The translations under genes and the position numbers were made by a program. Positions 55,501 to 64,000 of a stretch of DNA of 64,000 nt are shown here, piece after piece. Below the pieces are notes generated by a model. The model did no database searches, was not told the origin of the DNA, and saw nothing but the letters and a program-made list of their open reading frames with translations. Position 1 is the stretch's first letter; every line of letters begins with the position of its first letter. The DNA comes from Macrostomum lignano (Eukaryota), in contig NIVC01000614.1 in the NCBI GenBank assembly GCA_002269645.1, positions 62,001 to 126,000 on the forward strand. Reading direction: 5' to 3'.

Positions 55501-57439
55501 GCGCGAGGAGATTAAGGAACTGAGACAGAAGCTCAAATGCATCGCATTCAACGCTATTGATGAAATGTTTCGCAATGCCAGCGCCTATGAGCAGCAACTG
55601 CTCTTCGACTATATTTGCGGCCGGATGGAGCCAGAAAACAGCGGTCCACTTTTTACCTGTGCGCACCCGCTGCGGGGCATGTTTGGCGAGACTAAGAAAG
55701 ATGCTATCGAGCCGTGCACAGTGCTGCGACTGCTGCTGGAAGCTGATTGTGACGAGCTGTTTGTCAGTGAGTGCATGACCAAGCTGGCCGACACGGAGTG
55801 GAAGAACCGGCACAGCAGCCTGACTAGGGATCTGCTGCCTAACGATGACAACGTCAAGAAGGATATCGGTATTATTTGGCTAGAGAGATATCCAGCTGCT
55901 TCACCTCGAGTAAAGTTTTTTTCTAACTTCCTCTCAGACGTGGCTATGCTCATTCTACTCACCCTGGTTAGTATAGGGACTCCACTGGCCAATGGGTTCG
56001 GCAGTTTGTATGAAACACTGTATATATTCGTTTTCTACGGAATTTCAACTTACGTCAAGTTATCGTTCCGTCTTCTAACCAGGTCTTCTCTGCCTTTCTC
56101 GAGCACCAACAGAGCATTCTCTTGGCTAGAAGTTGCTAATGCCGTTGTCATTGTTTTTGGCTGTGCAGGCGCGTTGGCTTTTAGACTTTACTACTTTAGA
56201 ATGCTGGCAGCCACCTGCTTTCTTGTATGGGGAATTCGACTGATTTCCTTCTTGACATTCTTTGAGAAGACGGGGCCCATGGTTATGATGCTGGTTCAAC
56301 TGCTACTTCAGGACCTGCTACCGTTTCTGTCAATCATCCTGATTGTGATATATTCCTTCGGGATTTTCTTCTTTCACCTGCTGTTCCCTGTTCCCGCGGG
56401 AGCGAACTACTGGCTGTCGCTTGTCCAGGTATTTACGCTACCTCTGAAGCTAATGTTCACAAATTTCGATAGGATTCAGTTCAAAAGCGTGAACAGTACC
56501 AATCTGACTGGGTATGAAATCGGCTCCATGGCCTATGACAAAGGCAGTGATGCGTTCTACAACTGCTTCATGTTTGTATTCCTTCTGCTGGTCAACATCG
56601 TCATGGTTAATCTGCTGATTGCACTGTTCAGCCTGAGAGTGAGCAAAATTGCCAGCAAGTCCAAGATAGTCTGGAGAAGAATGTACTTCGACATGCTGGT
56701 TGAGTGCAACCGGATGAGCGTAGTGCCATCGCCCCTCTATCTGGTCAATTCGATGTACTTCATTCTTCTTTCTGTGGCTTTGGCATTTCGAAGTGACCTA
56801 CTGAAAATTTGGAAATGCGGCAAGAGAAGCGTAAGTGAAATACTTCCGTGCCATTGCAGGTTTCCATTGAAAACTATGAGAATTATAGCTATTACTAGTT
56901 GCTAGGTTCTCATATTTTACAGACGGAGCAATTTGGGTGACTTAAATGTCATAAATATCCGTATCATTTAGCCACGGGCAAAAATGATCCATTAGCCCAC
57001 ATTTTCCCAAGTTTGATTCTGCAATGAACAACATAAAAATAGTATACCGTTCACTGAAAAGATATTAGCACCCTAATCAACATTTCAGAACTGGTGGCAC
57101 AGCGAGACGAACTACCCAAAGGTGTACATCCAGTTCCTCAAGTTTCAAGCCAAACAGTTCCGACGGTTCGGCCGAAGAAATCTAACTCGTCGAATTGTCG
57201 ACGCCAACAGCGACCCGGACGGAGTGCAGGCTCGCGCTGACAACAACTTTGCGGCTGTAAAGCGGGGCATCGATTCGCTGGACCGGACTCGGTCGGCGGC
57301 GACTTCAAAGCGGTCAGATTTGAGGGGCATCGAAGCAAAGCTGGACAACCTGAAGCTGCAGTCGAAACGTCGACGAAAACAGATTAACGACATTGAAGCG
57401 AAGTTGGATCGGTTGATTCAACTGGTGGAAAGGCGCTGA
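52532..57439 (+). CDS. Ankyrin-repeat TRP-superfamily cation channel; exons 52532(or 52925)-56830, 57089-57439; in-frame TAA at 52901-52903 if 52532 is the start
   Basis: Many ankyrin repeats (RTATHYAA, TPLHLSL, QTMLHMS, NTWMHYAA, NTVLHLAI, ASCLHFAC); six TM segments; S6 LLLVNIVMVNLLIALFS; TRP-box-like VWRRMYF; C-terminal coiled coil; phase-0 intron gtaagt..tttcag. Confidence 0.85.
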
Positions 57440-59857
57440 CCTGTTCCATTTTTTAAAGCACATGCTGTGTCAATTTTATTTGGCTGAACACAAACGCTTT
57501 AAATCCATGCAGAAATAGTTTGACGATATAATCTTTTTTGATGAGCATGTAATGTATCCCTTTAGCGAAACATTTTTACGGATGTTACCTGCACAGTGAA
57601 AATATCGACTACTCATCTCTGTACTCTACATATATGCCTTTTACCTACTAATTCATCTGTACCTACATGTTCTAGCGTATTTAGTTGGCACTCACCTCTA
57701 TTTTGATGCAGTGCCAAAAGTTTTAGACGAAAGAAGCTACAAAAGTACAGTAAAAAAATAAAGCAGTGCTTACTTTGACCTATATTTTAGCGTGCAAATT
57801 TAACTAAACCGTATTGAACATTTTTGATTAAGTTTCTAATGAATTGATTATCCTGTGATATAAACAAAAATCCAAGATAGTTTACTTCTAGAACAAGATA
57901 TATTTTACGATTTATTTGTCGTGGATACTTTATACTTACAATTGTCTTGTGGTAATTTTTTGTTCTAATATTGTAATGAATTGTTAATTGTGTTTCAAAT
58001 ATATAATTGCAAATATAACTATGTAAATATCATCTTATTATCCAGAAAACAAATTAAAATAATATCATCAGATACAGGTAATTGCAAGAGTTTGCATTTC
58101 TAATTGTAATTTAAATTAATTCTTATGGCATACGATGAGTCATACATGGCGTAGTATAAATAATGAAGTGCAGGTGGTTTTCCAAATTTTACAAATTTGC
58201 GGAACAAATTTGGAAGTTAGGGCAGCTAGCAAATTCGTATTGCCGCCTGCGTTGAGTTCACACGAATTAATCCAAACTTGAACGACCGCGCAGTCGAATC
58301 TCAAGAAAATTCTACAGGGTTACTCCGTCTGTCGGGGTCCTCAATTCCGGGGGGATGGTAGTTGGAGTCGCGGTCGAGCGGTCGTAAATAGGCACGGTCG
58401 TTCAAGTTTGGGTCCACAGACACCGGAGTTCAATGTACGTCGATATGCGTTGAAGCTTACTAAGAGTAGCGTATCGCTGCCACCACCGTAATTTACGTAT
58501 TACGGAATGGTAGTTTTTCAGAGCTCGCTTAGAGTTGAGAAAAATTGGTTGTTTTACGCCTCACGGGCAAAGTATTTAAGATATTGCTATTGGCTAATTT
58601 ATTTATCAATGAATAAGTAGTAGAGTTCGTTGTTTATTGTCTAGTTTAATAATCGCCTTCAGCCGAGCCGCTACGAGCAAGATATCCGGCGGAGCCGCGA
58701 GGTGCGGGATGAGTAAAAGTTGGTTAGCAAAATTAATAAAAACAACAGCCAGACCAAGAGTCGGTAACAGAAAGTTCGTTGCAGTGATTATATATGAGCA
58801 TGCACAACTTATTGCCGTCGCATTGGGGCACCCACTGGGGCAGAAGATGGGGCAGGCCATTAGGCAACAGATGGGAAGCAAAGAAAAACAAAAATGGGGC
58901 AACAAACATGCAGGACAGAGAATGGCGGACAGAGGCCAGAGGATGGGCCAGACGTGGCCAGACGTAAGAACGGGACGACAAGGTGTGTGTTCCGGTGAGT
59001 TAGTAGTTCAAAGTTAGAAAAATTAAATCATCGTGGTAGCCCATCTACCACAAATATACGAGCCCTCTGGATGCCCATTCCTATCATCAAACGTGCCCAA
59101 GATTTTTTTTCGATTTTTTAAATTTGCACCTGCACCTACGGGTCACGCCGATCCAGCTAGTCTTGAAAGAGTGTCTTCGACATCTTCCACCGAAAATCGA
59201 TTAGAATCATAGTCTACAGCAAGTAGTGAACTTATTGAATAGTGACTAGGGGGCTTTGGCTGTAGTATTCTTCCATTAAAAATTACTGACACTAGCTCTG
59301 ATGTCGATCCTGAATTATCGAATGAGAATGGAATAACTATCTAATGAAATAACTTGTCAACAGTAATTCAGCTACAAATTTCATTATGCATTTTCTCTAT
59401 TTGAAAAAAAGTAATTATATTATGAAGCTTGAACATTTTCCAAGTTTTTTCGAAGTTCAGCAATAAGATTGCGATATAGCGCATACTTACATGTATGTAG
59501 AATTTCAGGATGCAAAGTTATAACAAGAAACTTCAAAACGAATTCTCAAATCAACCAAATTCCCTAGATGCTTTATCTTACGATCGTAATGCCTAAAAAA
59601 CTGTCTAACCACCAAACTCGGATGAAATCTAGAGGATCGAAAATGCTGTGCAATTTTGAAGAGTCTGGAGCTTTTCATTCGTTCAGTGTACGGTGACCGA
59701 CCATCAACAATGAAATACATTGAAGTGGAGCATTACACTGACAATCTTCCTTTCAACTACGAAATCTATAGCTACTTGAAGTGTATGAAAAGTTAAAGTT
59801 GTTTAAATTGATTTTTTTACTGCGATCTTTGGCCAAAGTTATTTGACAATGAAACTT

Positions 59858-61040
59858 GGAATAACCCGGGAACTACTACTATTATTAGGCTCAGTAATGA
59901 AATATATCTGCTTTTATTTTTCAGTAATGTGTTGACGACAGACTCAATATGACTCAAAGACTATATGCGCCATCGCATCGCAACTGGTTCACATTTATTT
60001 TGTCTGTTACTTATTGTGGCGAAAATAGTTACAATATCCAATCCTTCTATATATCAAAATTCTTGAACCCACGAAAATATGGAAGCACTTGTAGTTTTTT
60101 TGTTTTAACAACTTGGAACCCGGGAACTACTACTGCTTTTATCATGCTATGTGGAACTGGGGACATCCAAAACGGAACGGCCCATAGGGTTCGACCTCGA
60201 CCTAGAAGGAACGATTTGAGCTTTTCACAGAGACAAGACGCTTTTATTTTCTAACGATTCGTCGAGCTAAGTTACGGTCGTATAAATGGCACCGCAAATT
60301 TCTGTACGCGATCGACAGTGTATCATAGCCGCCTTGCATCGTGGACTGTCGATGACGGATGTTTCAGTTTTGTTAGGAATATCTGTGTAGTGGACGCAGA
60401 GATGCAATTTTTTGCAACAAGAGGTGCAGCAAAATCCCTCTCTAACGCTAAAGTCAATGGCTGAGAAGCTGGTTGGAAGCTTTCCTGACAAGCCGCATGT
60501 GAGCCTTAAAACAATTGATCGAGCAATGGATGGTTTGCTCTTTACGATCAAACTTGCTACCTTGGGGATCATGGATGTCGACGCCAGAAGCGAATACGCT
60601 AACGAAGAGTTGACCTTTTTATATTTGATGGTTTCAATTTGTGTCTTAAAATGGGCTTCATTAATGTCTGTTTTTATTATTTCTGTAAATAAAACTCAAA
60701 CTGTTCCTTCTATTCCGGCTCACCGTTCCATATTGCATGACAGATCGAGTTGTCTATGGCTTGCCTTCCCCGAGTTAATTCAAACACTTGGCTATAGAAT
60801 TCTATGGCCCGTTCCGTTTTGCATGCCCACTGTTACACATAGCACGACAAAAGCAATCCTATTATTACATGTAGGCTCAGTAATGAAATATATCTGTTGC
60901 CATCGCAACTGGTTCACATTTATTTTGTCTGTTACTTTATTGTGGCGAAAATAGTTACAATATCCAATCCTTCTATATGTCATAGTTCTTGAACCCAAGG
61001 AAATATGGAAGCACTTTTAGTTTTTTTGTTTTAACAAGTA
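59858..61040. repeat. Tandem direct repeat of ~200-250 bp, second copy interrupted by the Tc1-like element
   Basis: 59885-60110 matches 60865-61040; GGGAACTACTAC occurs at ~59868 and ~60122. Confidence 0.8.
60133..60856 (+). mobile_element. Internally deleted Tc1/mariner (IS630-Tc1) transposon
   Basis: ~60-bp terminal inverted repeats (TGCTTTTATCATGCTATGTGGAAC..CAAAACGGAACGGCCCATAG); left TA flank; degenerate HTH transposase N-terminus MAPQISVRDRQCII...QNPSLTLKSMAEKL..SLKTIDRAMDGLLFTIK; no DDE domain. Confidence 0.75.
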
Positions 61041-61051
61041 AATTTCTTTTA

Positions 61052-61455
61052 CTAATTCTGCTGTTGCTTTTCTTGCTGCTGTTGCTGCTGTTGCTGCTGT
61101 TGTTGCTGTTGCGGCAGACTAAATTGCATTGGACGCCTGTAGGTTGGTGAATTCCGGTATTCAGCCGCAGTCGTCTGCAGTTCCGCACTTTCATCCAAAC
61201 TTTGCTGCTGCTTGAAGCCTCTGGCAGCCCAGAAATTTGCCAGCTCCTGTTCCTCCTCCAAGCTCTGGTTAACCAGCACTTGACGGAGAAGATTTTCCAA
61301 CTCGCCAGCCGTTAGCCCTGGCGTTGCACCTGCCCCACCGCTGCAGACTCCCGGAAGTCTCATCAACCGCCTGTCACCCGAGTCCTTGGTTGAGCAAGCT
61401 TTGAACAGGATGAAAACTAGTTCGACGAATTCGCATACGCTCAACAGAGAGATGC
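61052..61455 (-). CDS. Probable terminal exon of a DEG/ENaC (amiloride-sensitive) channel; upstream exons not found in the window
   Basis: After the acceptor ttttacaactgcag the exon reads G-ISLLSVCEFVELVFILF, matching the DEG/ENaC TM2 pattern (G.S.L...E..E), followed by a cytoplasmic tail with polyQ. Confidence 0.55.
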
Positions 61456-61672
61456 CTGCAGTTGTAAAATGAAAAATATTGGTTAGGAAGCATTGAAACT
61501 TCGTAAATTTATGGATCAAAGTATCCAGTAAGAATTATTTCAGGAATGGTAGCTTCAAAGAGTCATCTCATCTTTTAGGAAACTGGAGTCCAATGAATGG
61601 TATGTGCTCAACTAAAATATATATTTATTGAGGTCGCTTATACAATACACATACTCTAACATTGTGTTCTAA

Positions 61673-62030
61673 GGGCAGGTGGTTGTAGCCTAGTGGTTGG
61701 AGCGTCGGACTCATGACTGTAAGGTCGTGGGTTCGATTCTCGACCCATTCAGAACAATTTGTGTCCTTGAGCAAGACACTTAACTCTGCATTGCTTCAGT
61801 TCACCCAGCTGTAAAATGGGTGCCAGCATTAGCTGGGGTAATTGAGGGTGTGCATGGCGACCCCCCAGTCCTTGGACTGAACAGCCGTACGCAGCCTTCA
61901 GATGCGCTGCGCAAATAGCTGCGGCTGAGCTGTCGGTTGCACATCTGCCTATTGGGGTAGGTGTAATCAAATATTATTATTATATTGTCACTCTTATTAT
62001 TAATATTATTATTACTATCGTTATTATTAC
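61673..62030 (+). mobile_element. Full-length tRNA-derived SINE (CORE-like body)
   Basis: A box TAGCCTAGTGG, B box GGTTCGATTC, body GTGTCCTTGAGCAAGACACTTAAC..CAGTTCACCCAGCTGTAAAATGGG and a (TAT)n tail. Confidence 0.85.
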
Positions 62031-62616
62031 TATTTCGGGCATATGACTGATAGTTAAATAACTTCTTGAATTAATGGATTCAAGCTTACTAAAAAAATTT
62101 CCATAAGCTAACAGGGCGAGTCGTGTCTGGCATGGATACATGCTACTTTGTCATAAGATAGCTTCAGGTAGAAACCTGGAATCTCTCATGAACTTTCCTG
62201 GCTGAAAATAAATTGGATTGTTTTGAATCTGAACAGCATTCGATACTTTTTATTCTTATCTTACATTAAAAGCATTCCATCACGAGCCCAATGCACAATG
62301 GATCTACCAAAACAAGAAGGAAAGTAGTCACGACTAAGCCTGTACGAGCGTAAATGCAAGTAGAGCAGTGAAGGTTGATTGGGGTAGTTTGTGCCGGTAT
62401 TATAAAGGCTAATATCAAGCATTTGATGTACAAGGCAACGACTACAAAAAAATTCGTACTATTCGAGAATAATTCAACGAATTTTGTGAAACTTTATAGC
62501 AATTAGAACGAGCGTCATTAAAAGGTTACATTATCGATTTTGAGTGCTTCAATGGGGAGATAGTGCACGGCTAGAGAGTGAATATAATGCCTAGACCACG
62601 AGTGCGCTTTGTACTC

Positions 62617-62750
62617 GTAGATTGGGCAGTTCACTTTGTAGATTGGGCAGTTCACTTTGTAGATTGGGCAGTTCACTCTGTAGATTGGGCAGTTCACCCT
62701 GTAGATTGGGCAGTTCACTCTGTAGATTGGGCAGTTCACTTTGTAGATTG
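62617..62750. repeat. 21-bp minisatellite GTAGATTGGGCAGTTCACT(T/C)T, ~6 copies
   Basis: Direct. Confidence 0.9.
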
Positions 62751-63072
62751 GGGTTAGCGCACTTGTGGTCTAGGCATTATTGCACTCTTAAGCCGTGCAT
62801 CTATCACATTGACGACTGGTAGAGCCAACTGTGGAGAAGAATTCAAGTTTACCATAGACAAAAAGATCAATTAGCGTGCAATAATGCCTAATTGTCTGCA
62901 CACTAAGTGATCTACCAAGTATTTTTATATAAAGTATTTTAACGTCTCTGGTAAAAGCCATGATTAACTGCTTTCACTTGTAGCTATACCATTAATGGAT
63001 GGTACCAGCAATGATGTGGTGCACGATATAGCCATTCTCCACTGGCATTGTATTATTTTGGGCGCCTATTAC

Positions 63073-63157
63073 CCATAGACATTTGGAGCGTGCAACAATA
63101 AAGTAATCTGAGCGTGCAACAATACTTCAATGTTGCACGCTCCAAATATGTCTATGG
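63073..63157. mobile_element. Tiny hairpin element CCATAGACATTTGGAGCGTGCAACA...TGTTGCACGCTCCAAATATGTCTATGG
   Basis: ~25-bp inverted arms with one extra 2-nt insertion. Confidence 0.6.
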
Positions 63158-63237
63158 CCCAAAGATCTGGGCAGTTTAGAGCAGTGAAGAGACGGGCCAA
63201 GCCAAGCCAAGCGAGGTCAGCGAGGTAATGCTAAATA

Positions 63238-63935
63238 TATACTGTCCGTCAAAAGTTCCGGAACCCTTGCTACGATGTCTTCTAGCGGACATAATTTCAG
63301 TCCGTTTCAATTGTAACTTGATTCAAATGAAAGCTGCGGATCTCAGCTCCATGCTGTGGTCAAGAAAAAAGTTTATTCGAAGGAGCGCGTATGAACATGC
63401 CAGTGTTATGTACATAAAGGTTAGAGAAAAAAAGTGAGGAAAAGACAAACAAGCAATTGTCTATGGTTGCTGAGTCTATGGAGCAAACACACAGGGCTAT
63501 TTACACACTTGCTGCCGGCACACAAAAACAGATGGCGTCCTGAATTCTCAATAGCGAATTCTCAATAGCGAGTCGCGCCGCCCTGTGCACGAATTACAGC
63601 TTCGCAGCTTACAGCCTACAGTTTTGGCCATAGACTAATGTTAGCCAGGCTGAACACTGCGCGCAAACCGATTCCTTCCCATGTGTGTTTGCTCCATAGA
63701 CTCAGCAACCATAGACAATTGCTTGTTTGTCTTTTCCTCACTTTTATTCTCTAACCTTTATGTACATAACACTGGCCTGTTCATACGCGCTCCTTCGAAT
63801 AAACTTTTTCTTGACCACATCATGGAGCTGAGATCCGCAGCTTTCATTTGAATCAAGTTACAATTGAAACAGACTGAAATTATGTCCGCTAGAAGACATC
63901 GTAGCAAGGGTTCCGGAACTTTTGACGGACAGTAT
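63238..63935. mobile_element. Foldback/MITE with ~255-bp near-identical inverted arms
   Basis: 63238-63492 is the reverse complement of 63682-63935; both arms give near-identical spurious ORFs (63228+ and 63940-). Confidence 0.85.
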
Positions 63936-64000
63936 AGCATTAAGTACTTAGCTCAGACGTTGGCTTCGGCCATAGACATTCAAAGCATGCAACAATCTGG

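Noticed and set aside
59505-59800. Protein-like short frames on both strands
   Set aside because: No recognisable motif, in-frame stops, and no supportable splice context.

Overview
Eukaryotic (animal) genomic DNA: GC-rich spliced exons are separated by AT-rich introns that are often filled with micro/minisatellites. This architecture resembles repeat-rich flatworm genomes such as Macrostomum (inference, not verified). I reconstructed eight genes by hand from GT..AG boundaries and phase checks. On + are LEO1, an ANKRD6/Diversin/Diego-like gene, RNASEH1, a WDR54-like gene, an astacin metalloprotease and an ankyrin-repeat TRP channel; on - are a GT92/DUF23 glycosyltransferase and TMEM165/GDT1. 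There is also a probable terminal exon of a DEG/ENaC channel. Most long ORFs in the supplied track are translations of tandem repeats, not genes. Main observations: (1) a microsatellite-bounded tandem duplication of the LEO1 last exon; (2) inverted, variant-matched microsatellite arrays flanking ANKRD6 exon 1; (3) a dual-AUG (mitochondrial/nuclear) RNase H1 start with a uORF; (4) single in-frame stops in the otherwise intact astacin and TRP reading frames; (5) an ankyrin-rich TRP channel with a TRPM-like pore; (6) a CORE-like tRNA-SINE family; and (7) several MITE/foldback/Tc1/hAT relics. No CRISPR arrays, rRNA or intact tRNA genes were seen. Coordinates of repeats and mobile elements are approximate.
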